Below are positions 1 to 12,580 of a stretch of DNA of 64,000 nt, piece by piece (the stretch's first letter is position 1; the number at the start of each line of letters is the position of its first letter). This stretch comes from Malacoraja senta (taxonomy: Eukaryota), in the NCBI GenBank assembly GCA_038087875.1, contig CM075991.1:4464001-4528000 (forward strand), in the 5' to 3' direction. The position numbers and the translations under genes were made by a program. The notes under the pieces were generated by a model. It was not told the DNA's origin and made no database searches. It saw only the letters and a list, made by a program, of their open reading frames with translations.

Positions 1-974
1 TAATAAACTTCATATGTCATAGGAGCAGAATTAGACCATTCGGCCCAATTCCGCCATTCAATCATGGCTGATCTACCTCTCCCTCTCAACCTCATTCTCC
101 TGCCTACTCCCTGTAACCCAATCAAGAATCCGTCAATCTCCGCCTTAACTACATCCATTGACTTGGCCTCTACAGCCGTCTGTGGCAATGGATTCCAATG
201 ACTGGCTACTGACCATATAAAGTTAATTGGTAATAGGAGCAGAATTAGGCCATTCGGCCCCACCGAGTCTGCTCCGCCATTCTATCATGGCTGATAGAAT
301 CTTTCCCGCAACTCCATTCTCCTGGAGCCTTTGACATCCTTACTAATCCATAATCTGTCAATCTTCCCTTTAAAAATGCCCAATTACTTGGCATCCGCAG
401 CCCTCTGTGGCAGTGAATTCCACAGATTCACCACCCCTGTGATTAAAGAAATACCCTCCTCATCTCCTTTTTATTTCCTCCCCATTGCCTCTGGTCCTAG
501 ACCTCCCATTAGTGGACACATCCTCTCCACATCCACTCTATCCAGGCCTTTCACTATTCAGCATCTCTCGGGGAACATGGATAAGGTGATGTTTCGGGTC
601 AGGATTCTTTAGACTTCGTGGATGGGCGACGATTTGAGTCGGGACCCTTGTTTTTTTTACACTACCCAGACGGATCCCAACACAAAACGTCACCTATCCA
701 AGTTCTCCAGAGATGCTGCTTGGCCCGCTGAGTTACTCCAGCACTCTGTGTCCTTTTTTGTAAAGCAGCATCTGCAGTTCTTTTGTTACTAACTCCTTTT
801 GTTGGGTTTTACTGAGCCAGCAGTCCTTGACAGTCTGTAAACGAGACCAAACAAGGACATTGGTGGACATCGACCATTGCTGCCATTTGTAGCTTGCGTC
901 TGCTCGAGATGTCCGCTCTCGTCCCCGCGACTCCACAGGTTGCCAAGGCTCACCTGCCCGATGCCGACATTGTG

Positions 975-1458
975 AGCAAATTTGGGCACCATATCTGAGG
1001 AAGGATGTGTTAGCTCTGGAGAGGGTCCAGAGGAGGTTTACAAGAATGATCCCAAGAACGAGTAGGTGAACCTGTGACGAGCGTTTGTTCGGCACTGGGC
1101 CTGCACTCGCTAGAGTTTGAAGAATGAGGGGGGACACCTCATTGAAACACACAGAATAGTGAAAGGCTTGGATAGGGTGGATGTGGAGAGGATGTTTCCA
1201 CTTGTGGGAGAGTCTAGGACTAGAGGTCACAGCCTCAGAATTAAAGGACGGGTTTTTCAGAAGAAGATGAGGAGAAATTTCCTTTAGTCAGAGGGTGGTG
1301 AATCTGGAATTCTTTGCCACAGAAGGCTGTGGAGGCCAAGTCAGTGGATATTTTTAAGGCAGAGGTAGATAGATTCTTGATTAGTACAGTTATCTGAGAT
1401 GGGGTTAGGAGGGTGAGATAGATCAGCCACATTGAATTCTACTCCTATCACTTATGAC
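975..1458 (+). mobile_element. CR1-type LINE 3' fragment
   Basis: RT C-terminal-like coding remnant (SRTRGHSLRI, QRVVNLWNSLP) and CR1 3'UTR. Confidence 0.85.
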
Positions 1459-1624
1459 GTCGACTGGCTTGAGTTGTGTCTCTCTTTGGACAAGTCATAA
1501 ATGTAGTGATGGGATAGCAGCCTAGAGGGGCTGAATGGGCGTCCCCCGACTGCTGGGACTTGTGCGTTGGGCTTGGTTTATGTTTTCATCGTGCTTTCCT
1601 CATCGTCTCTTTGCTTGTCGACAG

Positions 1625-1793
1625 AAACTGAAGGACAGCTTGACCCGGATGGGCTCGGACCTGAAGAACGGCTTGTTCTGCTCCCTCCGCAACGCCTGGC
1701 TCTCCTTCAACCCGCGTCCAGCTGCCCGTGGCCCAGCTGCTGCCCGACCCCGCCCCGCAGCCAGCAGCCAGGCGGCGCCCAGAGAGAGCGCAG
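1625..1793 (+). CDS. DDHD2: DDHD2 (phospholipase A1, DDHD domain) internal coding exon; likely contains indel errors
   Basis: ag acceptor at 1623-24, gt donor at 1794. Translates LKDSLTRMGSDLKNGLFCSLRNAWLSF, similar to DDHD2 [27 protein letters not shown]. Phase-1 end fits the next exon. Confidence 0.8.
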
Positions 1794-1913
1794 GTGGGGC
1801 CTTCTGCGGCCGGCGGCGTCCGCGCGCCACAGCCCCAGCCGCCACACCCTGCCACAAACACCGCTCGCTCCCAGGAACCGTCCGGACACTCCGCTCATTG
1901 TCCATGCGGAATA

Positions 1914-2132
1914 TGTAGATCCAAGGAACTTCAGGTGCGGGTTTACACAAACTGACACGAAGTGCTGGAGTAACCCAGCGGCTCAGACGGCATCTCTGGA
2001 GAACCTCGATAGGCGAAGAAGTCTCCCGACCTGAAACGTCACTTATCCACGTTCTCCCGAGATGCTGCCTGACCCGCTGAGTTCCTCCAGCACTTTGTGT
2101 TCCTTTGTGTGAACCAGCACCTGCAGTTCCTT
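1914..2132. mobile_element. Penelope-derived inverted-repeat (hairpin) element
   Basis: Arms ...gctggagtaacccagcgg... and ...ccgctgagttcctccagc... Confidence 0.75.
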
Positions 2133-2742
2133 GTGGAGTCTAACAATGTGGAAACAGGCCCTTTGGTCCAACTTGCCCCATTGCCGGCCAACATCCCATC
2201 CACATCCCACCTGCCTGTGTTTGGCCCATATCCCTCTCACCCTGTCATATCCACGGACCTGTCTAATTGACCTAGTTTCTTGTTTGTCTTTCCCTTCTAC
2301 ATTTCCCTCCATTTCATTCTTAGACCTAAAGGTTGCTTTGAGGTCATCATGGCATGGCACGTCACTTACACTCCAGCCCATTGTTTCCCTTTCTATTGGG
2401 AACCTGGAACAATAGTAAGGGAGGAAGGAGGGTTCACCTTTAGAAGTTCATATTGGTGCAGAATTAAGCCATTCGGCCCACCAGGTCTGTTCTGCCATTC
2501 CAATCATGGCTGATCTATTTTTTTTCCTCTCAAACCCAATACCCAATGGCATGGCCTCCATAATAGTCTGTGGCAGTGAATTCCACAGATTCACCATCCT
2601 CCAGCTAGAGAAATTCCACCTCATCTCCATTCTATACGTACATCCTATTATCGTGAGGCTGTGCCCTCTGGTCCTAGACTCTCCCATGATGGAAACATCC
2701 ACCCTATTTAGGCCTTTCATTATTAAGTAAGTTTCAATGCGT

Positions 2743-2774
<32 letters not shown>
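2743..2774. repeat. Poly(C) tract within a CR1 fragment
   Basis: About 30 consecutive C. Confidence 0.9.
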
Positions 2775-2775
<1 letters not shown>

Positions 2776-3180
2776 TCCCCAATCAGACGTTCCTCTAAAC
2801 TAAATTAAACTTTGTGTTTAATTCACAATTCTAGCTTTGTCTGTTCCTGCATCTTTATTGTGAGTCCCCCTGACTGAACATCCATTGCTGTTTACAACCC
2901 CCACCCTGTCACTCCACCGCTCCCCCCCCCCCCCCTGTCGCTCTCCGCCCCAGCTGTTGCTCTAGATCGCTGGTTGCAGAGATTCCCCATGCGACCCCCA
3001 GCGACTCAGGCCAGCGTGGGGCTGCTCCTGCACCTCCTTCACCCCTCAGCACCGTGCTGTCCACTCCCAACCCAGTCCCCCCGCTTGTGGGAGCAGCCTT
3101 GCAGCCCAACGGCACTGGCGCGACCCGACCCGACCCAACCCCCCGTCGCATTTCTCACTCGCCCTGCCGTCGTTTTTCAG

Positions 3181-3384
3181 CTCGGTCGGAGACGGACGGA
3201 GGCAGCTCCGTGCTAGCAGCAACGACGGGGAGAGGAGAGGAGGATGGAAGGAGAGGAGAGGAGAAGAGGGAGGTCAAGATCGGGATGCTGAACGGCGGGC
3301 ACCGCATTGACTATGTGCTGCAGAGAAGCCCATCGAGAGCTTCAACGAATACCTCTTCGCTCTCCAGAGCCACCTCTGCTACTG
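3181..3384 (+). CDS. DDHD2: DDHD2 penultimate coding exon (1-nt deletion near 3323)
   Basis: tttttcag acceptor. IGMLNGGHRIDYVLQ, then after a frameshift KPIESFNEYLFALQSHLCY; donor TG|gtgagg. Hallmark DDHD2/SEC23IP C-terminal DDHD sequence. Confidence 0.88.
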
Positions 3385-3966
3385 GTGAGGGGAGGGGAGG
3401 GGATGGAGGGAGATGTCTCCAGCTGTCCAGTTGGGAGCGTGTGGGTTCACGAGGAGTGGAGGCAGCCTTGGTCATGAAGTCTTGGGCCAGTGTTGAAGTG
3501 GCAGTGGTGTGAAAAACTCGCTGCAGGGCTGGGAGTTCAATGTTAAGTCCAGCAATGCAGCAAGTGGAAAAAGGGACAAGAGAGACAGTGCTGGGGTAAC
3601 TCAGTGGGTTGAGCGGCAACCCGGGAGAACATGGATAGGTGACGTTTTGGGTCAGGACTCTTCTTCAGACTGATTATAAGGGGCAAGGGGATGGAGAAAG
3701 CTGGAAGAGAGGAAGGGAATGATAAAATGTGGTAATAGGTGGATACGGGGCAAAGGGGCCATTTGATAGATAGATGGTTGGACAAAGGCCAGAGATGAAA
3801 GGGAAATCTATAACTGACCCAGATTGGGGGAGAACATGTAGTTTGTGTTTCATGGTGTTGACCTTCAGTTTTGTGTGGATTTTATTTTGATCGTTTGTCC
3901 AACAATTGCGCTGGTTTTATTTCCTACGCTCCCAGTTTTTGAGGCTCTGTGGTTTTTAACCCGTAG

Positions 3967-4048
3967 GGAATCGGAAGACACGGCCTTGCTAATTCTGAAG
4001 GAGATTTATCAGACTCTCGGTGTCAGCCTTGAACAGGCACCGCACTAA
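3967..4048 (+). CDS. DDHD2: DDHD2 last coding exon
   Basis: ccgtag acceptor completes W (TG|G), then ESEDTALLILKEIYQTLGVSLEQAPH*. Assignment to DDHD2 over the paralog SEC23IP rests on synteny with PLPP5/STAR/ASH2L. Confidence 0.88.
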
Positions 4049-5719
4049 CCAGCCGGGACCAGCACCAGCGGAGACTGGAGTCTCCAGCACGTCTGACAAC
4101 CACGCCTGCTCCGTTCCCCACTTGAACTTTGTTTCCCTACTTGTGAAAGTCAAGCTGCCAACCCGGAGGGTGTGGGGAATGACCAGCACTTCCTTAACCT
4201 TCCCCACCACAAAGGGTTGGTCGCCAAAATGCGTTGGAACACTTGCCTGACTGAAGTGCGGATTTCGAGCAGTGCAAGGCAACCGCGCAGAACTCTTGCA
4301 ACCAGCAGATGCACGGAGTGGAACCTCACCAAGGACTGCACTGGGGGACGGATGGAGGGGGGGGGGATGCACAGTTGTTTGCAACTCACCCACAAATGTA
4401 ATCGGTCCTTGGCATTCAACTAACGGGATTAACTTTGGTTGTTGATGGCGGACTGCAGCGTCAGTAAGGGTGTATTTTGCAATGGAATTTGACACGTGAT
4501 CTGTAACTATGGACCAGTCGGTATTCACTAATCTATTTGTTGTTTCTAGTTTGGATTATAAATGCACTTTTAAACTGAGTATGGATTTAAGATTGGAAAT
4601 ATTTGTATTTATTTGAATCGCCACTTTCTATCTGAGCCACATTATACAGGGCTTGACAAAACTGCTTTGTTATGTGAGATTTTTTTTAGTTCCCCCCTGC
4701 TCCCATTTTTTTAATTGTCCTTATCACCCGAAAGGAAATGGAGGGGGGGGGGGGTGTGAGCTAGGAGTGATTGTGAATGGATCAGTTGTACGTTCATCCA
4801 CGCACCAGCAATGAACTAGCACAACTGTAATGTCCAAGCTAGAGGGTGTCCTGTCCATGCTGGAGCTGAGATTGTTCACCATGTCTGCTGTTGTTTTGGA
4901 CCCCAACGTTAGAACTCGACCAACAGCCCCGTGACGTTGGCAAAGCATCCCCATACCATCCTCTCCTCACCCCCTCCTCCCTTCCCTTCCCCGCCCACTC
5001 TGTTGAGATGTCAAACAGAATAGTCCAGAGAATAGTTCAAAGAAAACCTTTTTCACCCCAGAGAGTTGTGAATCTGTGGAATTCTCTGCCACAGAAGGCA
5101 GTGGAGGCCAATTCAATGGATGTTTTCAAGAGAGATTTAGATTTAGCTCGTGGGGCTAAAGGAATCAAGGGATATGGGGGAAGCAGGAACGGGATACTGA
5201 ATTTAGATGATCAGACATGATCATATTGAATGGCGGCTTGAAGGGCCAAATGGCCTACTCCTGCACCTTTTTTTTCCTGTTTCTAGGAAGGTTGTCACCG
5301 AAGGAACTGCAGATGCTGGTTTACAAACAAGACACAAAGTGCTGGAGTAACTCAGCCAGTCCAGCAGCATCTCTGAGAACATTGGATGGATGTTTTTTGT
5401 TTTAGGGTAGGGACCCTTCATCAGGCTTTCTCAGTCCTCTAAACCATCACCTATCCATGTTCTACAGAGATGCTCCCTGATCAGATTCAGATTCAGATTC
5501 CTTTATTGTCCATTCAGACCTTTCGGTCTGAACGAAATTTCGTTGCTCCAGCAACTTTGGGTCTTTTGCTGTCCCTGTAAATTCTTCCCAGTCCACCAAA
5601 ACTAATTAATTTGGTCTGTGAGTTGCTCGCTGTCTGGAAATCGACTACATTTCCAAAGAATTTCCCGGTCAGTCTCATACGAGTAAAAAGCCGTTTTAAA
5701 TGTAATTCCAGTCACATTA

Positions 5720-6385
5720 TACATAGAAACATAGAAAATAGGTGCAGGAGTAGGCCATTCGGCCCTTCGAGCCTGCACCGCCATTCAATATGATCATGGC
5801 TGATCATCCAAACTCAGTATCCCGTACCTGCCTTCTCTCCATACCCCCTGATCCCCTTTAGCCACAAGGGCCACATCTAACTCCCTCTTAAATATAGCCA
5901 ATGAACTGGCCTCAACTACCCTCTGTGGCAGAGAGTTCCAGAGATTCACCACTCTGTGTGAAAGTTTTTTTCTCATCTTGGTCTTAAAGGATTTCCCCCT
6001 TATCCTTAAGCTGTGACCCCTTGTCCTGGACTTCCCCAACATCGGGAAACAATCTTCCTGCATCTAGCCTGTCCAACCCCATAAGAATTTTGTAAGTTTC
6101 TGTAAGATCCCCTCTCAATCTCCTAAATTCTAGCGAGTATAAGCCGAGTCTATCCAGTCTTTCTTCATATGAAAGTCCTGACATCCCAGGAATCAGTCTG
6201 GTGAACCTTCTCTGTACTCCCTCTATGGCTATAATGTCCTTCCTCAGATTTGGAGACCAAAACTGTACGCAATACTCCAGGTGTGGTCTCACCAAGACCC
6301 TGTACAACTGCAGTAGAACCTCCCTGCTCCTATACTCAAATCCTTTTGCTATGAAAGCTAACATACCATTCGCTTTCTTCACTGC
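5720..6385 (-). mobile_element. CR1-type LINE 3' fragment
   Basis: ORF 5984-6382 KKANGMLAFI...LVRPHLEYCVQFWSP...; (TTTCTATG)n tail. Confidence 0.92.
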
Positions 6386-6689
6386 ACTGTAGAGATTATA
6401 GAATCTCTACAGCCTCTGTTTTCCCCATCATTCTGAATCTTACTGGACTAACGTTTCTCTGGCTTGTAGTGGAGGTGAACTTAACAGATCTCTCCAGAGC
6501 TTTCCCTTTCCACACTTGAACGATAATGCCACCAATTCTCAGCCATTAGGTGCTGCTTGCAGTTAACACAGATAACCCAGTGGTCCAGGTGCAGTTTGAG
6601 AGCCAGTCCTTGCAAATTACTTTTCGAGAGCTGGAATCTGTGGGTTAGTGGTGGTGCTTTGGTATCTGTTGCACTGAGTTCGTCCTTTC

Positions 6690-7310
6690 CAACATGTCCC
6701 AGCTACGTTAATCCCACCTGCCCGTGTTTGGTCCATATCCCTCCAAACATGACCTATCCATGTACCTGTCTAACTGCTTCTTAAATGTTGGGATATTCCC
6801 AGCCTCAACTACTCTTCTGGCAGCTTGTTCCATACACCCACCCAGTGAAAATATTTCCACTCAAGATACCTATTACATCTTTTTTTCCACCCAGTGAAAA
6901 TATTTCCACTCAAGATACCTATTACATCTTTTTCCCTTCACCTTAAACCTATGTCCTCTGGTCCTTGATTCCCCTACTCTGGGCAAGAGACTCTGTGCAT
7001 CCACCCGATCTATTCCTTTCAATAGACAATAGGTGCAGGAGTAGGCCATTCGGCCCTTCGAGCCAGCACCGCCATTCAATGTGATCATGGCTGATCATCC
7101 CCAATCAGTACCCCATTCCTGCCTTCTCCCCATATCCCCTGACTCTGCTATTTTTAAGAGCCCTATCTAGCTCTCTCTTGAAAGCATCCAGAGAACCTGC
7201 CTCCACCGCCCTCTGAGGCAGAGAATTCCACAGACTCACCACTCTCTGTGAAAAAGTGTTCCCTCCTCTCCTTTCTAAATGGCTTACTCCTTATTCTTAA
7301 ACTGTGGCCC
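6690..7310 (-). mobile_element. Two adjacent CR1 3' fragments, including a 49-bp tandem duplication (6841-6932)
   Basis: CR1 motifs; cccagtgaaaatatttccactcaagatacctattacatctttt occurs twice. Confidence 0.8.
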
Positions 7311-7431
7311 TTTCATGGTTTTATACACGCCAGCTTGAATCTCAGCTGATGGAATAAATATATTCAACATGCTAGATGTGCCTTATTAACGAAATACCAA
7401 CAAGAAAGTTATTTTAAATATTGGTCTTAGT

Positions 7432-7437
7432 TTTATT
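7432..7437 (-). terminator. PLPP5: Candidate PLPP5 poly(A) signal
   Basis: AATAAA on the minus strand at the end of a 1.8-kb repeat-poor stretch after the PLPP5 stop. Confidence 0.4.
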
Positions 7438-9045
7438 AGAACACAAAGGCTTGACTTGTTCAGAGAGCATGATCACAGGGCTAAAACATCAGTCTCCATT
7501 GTGGTCACAGTTCTGTCACTGAATTGAAGTTTACAAAAAAAAACACAATTGGTTCTGCATTTTCCACATTAAGTTGGATTTCACGTTCCAGGGAAATGAA
7601 ACACAAATCTCCCTACATGAATATACTGCTTTGTGCTTTCCTTCCCTCAGACTACTCTGATCATAGCCGGTTACGGTGCCCCTTTGAAACACTGGCCAGA
7701 AGCAATTGCTTCAGTTATGTACAATATATATATATACAGTCACCTCTATTCTGACACTTGCCCACACGAGGCACTACAGAACAAGTGAAGATAGCAAAGA
7801 CATACAAGGTCATTTTTTTCTTCCTGTAATTGGATGGATCCCGGTGAAGGAAGAATATGGTAAGAGTCGGCTTAATGTCCAACCCGTGCCCTGCCCAGCA
7901 AAACAGTGAAGTTAATCATAGTTAAGACATTATTAAAGCTGAAATATGTACAAAAGTGTGCCCTCTACGCACATAAGAGTCTTGTTGGAAGTGCAAAGTG
8001 GTCATGGTGCGTATGTGTACATTTCAATATAAGCAGCTTAACAATTTTAAAATGGAGGAGGAGGGAGGGGGGGGTGAGGGGGAGGCGAGCTTGTTAGAAG
8101 ATGGATTTCTTTGCATCCACCAGAAATTTGAAAATGTGGCTTGAGAAAGCATTGCACTCCTACCCTGACACAAAGGCTTTAGTGATTGTTCAACCTGCCC
8201 AATCCTCCGCAGCTCCATGGTACAGCAATCCATAATCATTGCTAACTCTTCCTTTCAGAATCAAGTCGAGCTCATTGAATGCCCCACTTCAATCTGCCTC
8301 CTGTACCTGTAGCAGTGTTCTCCACACCCAAAACCACTCTGTCTGTGTGCAGCTATGGTTCTCTCATCACCTTTGTGCAAAGAAGGAACTGCAGATGCTG
8401 CTTTAAACCAAAGACATTGCCTGACCTGTTGTGTGTCCACCAGTCTAGACATTGTTTCCTGACCGACAGCATTCAGGAGCCACCCGAGCGTAGGGAAGGG
8501 TTTCGGTCAGCCCTGGAGTTACAAGCACAGCGTTGCTTGCTGGCGGGACTAAATAACCGGAACAGTATCATTGCTGCACATGTTCCGAGAAGCACAACAT
8601 TGTGTCCAGCTTTTGTGGCGGTAGTGCTGGAAATTCAACCTTGTTGTTAAACTGCAGAAAACTGTAAACCACCCCCTATCGCAATGACCCAAGAAGCAAG
8701 CACATTCCATACTGAAAATTGAGACGTAACGTGGTACCCAGAATCGTGTGTCGCTAATGATGTTGTACTGTAAAACACATGATCAATCGCTTGGTCCTGC
8801 TGATCAGTATGGATGGGGCAGATTCCTATTGATTAATCCACCACACCATTCATCAAGCAATTATACTCAAACTGTCAGCGCCTTAGGAAGGGGAGCTGTC
8901 TGCAATGCACTTATTTGTTAAAACCATGTTGAACTATTGCCTTCGTACCATCTGTCTTTTATTTGCTTTTATTTTTTGGCAAAAGAAAAAAAAACTCGTT
9001 TAAGAAAAAAGGTTAAAAAGACAAATCGTTTTAACTTCGTGAACC

Positions 9046-9051
9046 AATAAA
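9046..9051 (+). terminator. DDHD2: Candidate distal DDHD2 poly(A) signal
   Basis: AATAAA preceded by U/A-rich tracts and followed by GU/U-rich sequence. Confidence 0.35.
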
Positions 9052-9252
9052 ATGTGAAATGCTCTGGTCTCTTGCTGGCCCATTTAATTCCCTAGTTTAG
9101 CCCTTCTTGCGGAGCTGTGTGTGCACGTACACGATTACCCTGTTGCAAAAGGTCCCACTATAAATATGTGCAAATGTTGCCTTGAAAGTGAAAGGAAAGC
9201 AAGTTTACAACGGAGAGGACGGGGCAAGCGTTGCTGTGCTGCAGGTGGATCA

Positions 9253-9419
9253 CTACACATCCAGTTTGAAGCCAGGGTTTGCAAGCTTGCGCTCCTGTAC
9301 CACTGAGAGTTTGGTCTGTGGATAAGGCTTGTGGCACTCGGGGTCCGACAGGCTGGGATAGTGCTGGCGGTAGCAGGTGTAGGCCAGAGTTAATCCTATC
9401 AGAGAGCCACACACCACAT
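9253..9419 (-). CDS. PLPP5: PLPP5 coding exon 7 (stop)
   Basis: DVVCGSLIGLTLAYTCYRQHYPSLSDPECHKPYPQTKLSVVQERKLANPGFKLDV*. Joined CDS is 798 nt = 265 aa with all phases consistent. Confidence 0.93.
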
Positions 9420-9569
9420 CTGCAAGACAAAGTGGTTACACAATGACCAAGGAGAACAAACTGATAACTGCTTTATCTAAGAGGGGCTGAAGTAGTCCCC
9501 GGCCAAAATGTTATTTGAAAATACCTAATATTATTAAGTGGTAGTAGGGAGAATACGCTAAAACAATTA

Positions 9570-10440
9570 AAAAGACACAAAGTGGTGGAGAAACTCAGCA
9601 GGTCAGGCAGCATCTCTGGTGAAGATGGATAGGTGACGTTTTGGGTTGGGACCCTTCGTCAGACTGATGGGGGGGGGGGGGGGGGGTAAGAAAGCTGAAG
9701 AGAGAAGGGGCAAAACAAAGCCTGGCGAGTGATAGATAGATACAGCTGAGGGTGGGCGGAGGAGTTTGATAGGCAGATGGTTGGGCATAAGGCAGAGATG
9801 AAAAACAGGAGTGAGACGAGGGTGGAAGTGCAAACTGTGAAGCTAAGGATGTAATATATGTGAAAGGAGAAGGGCTGAATGGGTGCTTGTCCCAATGAGG
9901 GAAGAGAGTGGAGTTTTGTATAGGTTACCTAAAATTGAAGAATTCAATGTTCATTACCGTTAGGCTGTAAGCTACCCAAGCGGAATACGAGGCGTTGTTC
10001 CTCCAGTTTGCATGTAGCCTTGCTCTGACAATGGAGGTGGCCCAGGACAGAAAGGTCAATGTGGGAATGGGAAGGGGAGTTAAAATGGTGAGCAACCCGG
10101 AGATCTCGTGGGCCTTGGTGGACCGAGCACAAGTGTTCAGCGAAATGGTCACCAAGTCTACGCTCGGTCTTGCCGACGTAAAGGCGGTCACATCGGGAAC
10201 AGCGGATGCAGAAAAAGAGTTTAGAGGAGGTGCCTCTGTCTCAAGTGGAAGGACTGCTGGGGTCCCTGGATAGATGTGAGGGAGAAGGTATAGGAACAAG
10301 TGTTACATCTCCTGTGGTTGCAGGGGAAAGTACCTGGGGGGAGAGTGGTTGGGGGTTGGAAGGGATGAGGGAACCAAGGAGTTGAGGCGGGAGCGGTCTC
10401 TGCAGAAAGTGGAAAGGGGTGGGGATGGGCTGGACATACA
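9570..10440 (-). mobile_element. Penelope-like element 3' fragment with GIY-YIG endonuclease remnant
   Basis: DLRVAHHFNSPSHSHIDLSVLGHLHCQSKATCKLEEQRLVFRLGSLQPNG (9944-10132), followed by the pseudo-LTR motif. Confidence 0.8.
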
Positions 10441-10561
10441 GGGCCAAGTTAACTCATGGACATTGCAGACTCCTTGGGCAATATACAATTTTGTTGACCT
10501 ACGTTTTACCAGATTGTGCTGGGATCCTGTTCTAAATGAGATATTAGAGGGCACAGCTTTA

Positions 10562-11237
10562 AGGGCCTGTCCCACTTACGTTTCCTTGGCACGCAAATTA
10601 CGCGACCTCGTGGTCGCGTTGAGGCGCACGGGCATCGTATCGCCTCGCGGGGACGGTCCCACTTAGAAGTGCGGAGGGGTATGTAGTTGTGCGTGACATC
10701 GCGCGGGGCTCCGAAATTCTTGTAGCGAACTAAATCTTCGCGCGCCAACGGCCAAAGTGGGACAGGCCCAAGACCCTGGCGCGACGCAACGTCTCACCTT
10801 CAACAGCAGCAGAAGCAGGCAAACGATCGCCAAACTCGGCCTGGGGCTCACGGCCGTTGTGGTCCGGATCACCCCCCACTCCTACTCCCAGAGCGGGGCC
10901 AAGAAAATTGACGATAGACACAAAATGCTGGAGTAACTCAGCGGGACCGGCAGCATCTCTGGAGAGAAGCAATGGGTGACGTTTCGGGTCAAGACCCTTC
11001 TTTTCAGACTGAAGAATGGTCTCAACACAAAACATCACCCATTGCTTCTCTCCAGAGATGCTGCCGGTCCCGCTGAGTAACTCCAGCTTTGTGTCCATCT
11101 TCAAATGACGTCACGCGCTCCAGACGGCTGTGCGGACGCATTTAATTGCGCCCGACCTTCGCGGGACCATCGCGGCTCAACGCGCCCACGAGGTCGCGTA
11201 ATTTGCGTGCCTAGGACACGTAAGTGGGACAGGCCCT
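10562..11237. mobile_element. PIF/Harbinger-type MITE (with a nested PLE hairpin at about 10905-11103), inserted in CR1
   Basis: TIR AGGGCCTGTCCCACTTACG / CGTAAGTGGGACAGGCCCT; TTA/ATA flanks. Confidence 0.8.
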
Positions 11238-11879
11238 ATAGGGTGAGAGGGGCAAAGTTTAAAGGAGATGCATGGGGCGAAGGGGGCTGGAGATGTCAGA
11301 CCAACGAGGAGCAAGGGACGGTTGGAGGGTGAATGGGGTAATGCCTTAAAGGCAAGCCGCAGGAGGCGGCCTCAGGGGCACACAGATGGCCGGGCGAGGA
11401 GAGGAGATAGACTTTGGTTCGCGAAAATCTCGCCAGTACATCGAGTACGCAGACCGACCGGACTTTGAATAATGGCACCAAAATGGCGACGTCCACATGT
11501 GTAATGTATGCAAAAATAATTTCAAACACTATTGAACTATTTTTACACAGAGGGTGGCGAGTGCCTGGAACGCACTGTGGTGGTGGTGGAGGAGGAGGCA
11601 AATGCGATAGTGGCATTTGACAGACTTCTGGATAGACATATAGATTTCACCAGGGAATGGGGAGCTATGGATCACGTGCAGGCAGATCAGACCTGGTCGT
11701 GGCATCAACTCTGGCACAGACACTGTGGGCCAAAGGGCCTCTTCTTGTGCTGCACTTTTCTATGATCTATGAGATGTGCACTAATCATTATTTGGGAAGA
11801 ACGGGGTCAAAGGTATTTAGACCAGGTTGTGGAACAATAGGGGATGTTTAGGGGCCGTGCAATGCAAACCTCCCCTCAC

Positions 11880-12050
11880 CTTGCCAGTGGTGCTTGTAGT
11901 CACAGGCTCGCGACAGGGAGATGACCCCTGCAACGTAGAGAGGCATCAGCGTCACACACAGCCTCCATCCTTTCCCTCGGCCGCCTGGCGTGAAGCAGCG
12001 GAGTTTCCCTCCGAGGTAGAAGGCAGTGAAACCAAGGCCAACAAAAGCAA
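11880..12050 (-). CDS. PLPP5: PLPP5 coding exon 6
   Basis: 171 nt; [57 protein letters not shown] (C3 motif SRxxxxxHxxxD). Confidence 0.95.
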
Positions 12051-12074
12051 CTGCAAGGACAGGTGAAAGGATTT

Positions 12075-12580
12075 TGGTTTCAGTTTAGTTTATTGTCATG
12101 TGCATCAAGGTACAGTGCTATAGTTTTGTTGCCTGCTATAGTCGATAAAATGATTACAATCGAGCCATTTACAGTGTATAGATACATGATAAGGGAATAA
12201 CGTTTAGTGCAAGGTAAAGCCAGCAAAGTCCAATCAAGGATAGTCCGAGGGTCACCAAAGATGTAGATAGTAGTTCTGCACTGCACTCTGGTTGTGGCAG
12301 GATGATTCCGTTGCCTGATAACAGCTGGGAAGAAACTGTCCCTAAATCCGGAGGTGTGTGTTTTCACATCTCTGTACCTCTTGCCTGGGAGAGGGGAGAA
12401 GAGGAAGTGGCCAGGGTGCGACTCGTCCTTGATTATGCTGCTGGCCTTGCTGAGGCAGGGTGAGGTATAAATTGAGTCAATAGAAGGAAGATTGGTTTGT
12501 GTGATGGTCTGGGCTGCGTCCACAATTCGCTGCAATTTCTTGCGGTCTTGGATGGAGCTGTTCCCAAACCAAACTGTGAA
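12075..12580 (-). mobile_element. Rex1/Babar LINE 3' fragment
   Basis: QRIVDAAQTITQTNLPSIDSIY...SHPGHFLFSPLP...FRDSFFPAVIR; (AAACT)n tail. Confidence 0.85.

Noticed and set aside
5484..5546. Small hairpins ttcagacc-tttc-ggtctgaa and aacgaaatttcgtt as an ncRNA or terminator
   Set aside because: Adjacent to an (AGATTC)n tail; most simply the 3' stem-loop of a LINE remnant, as at 45100-45165
5984..6382. Many ORFs with SRTRGHSLRI / VVNLWNSLP motifs as a host gene family
   Set aside because: They are 5'-truncated CR1 ORF2 remnants
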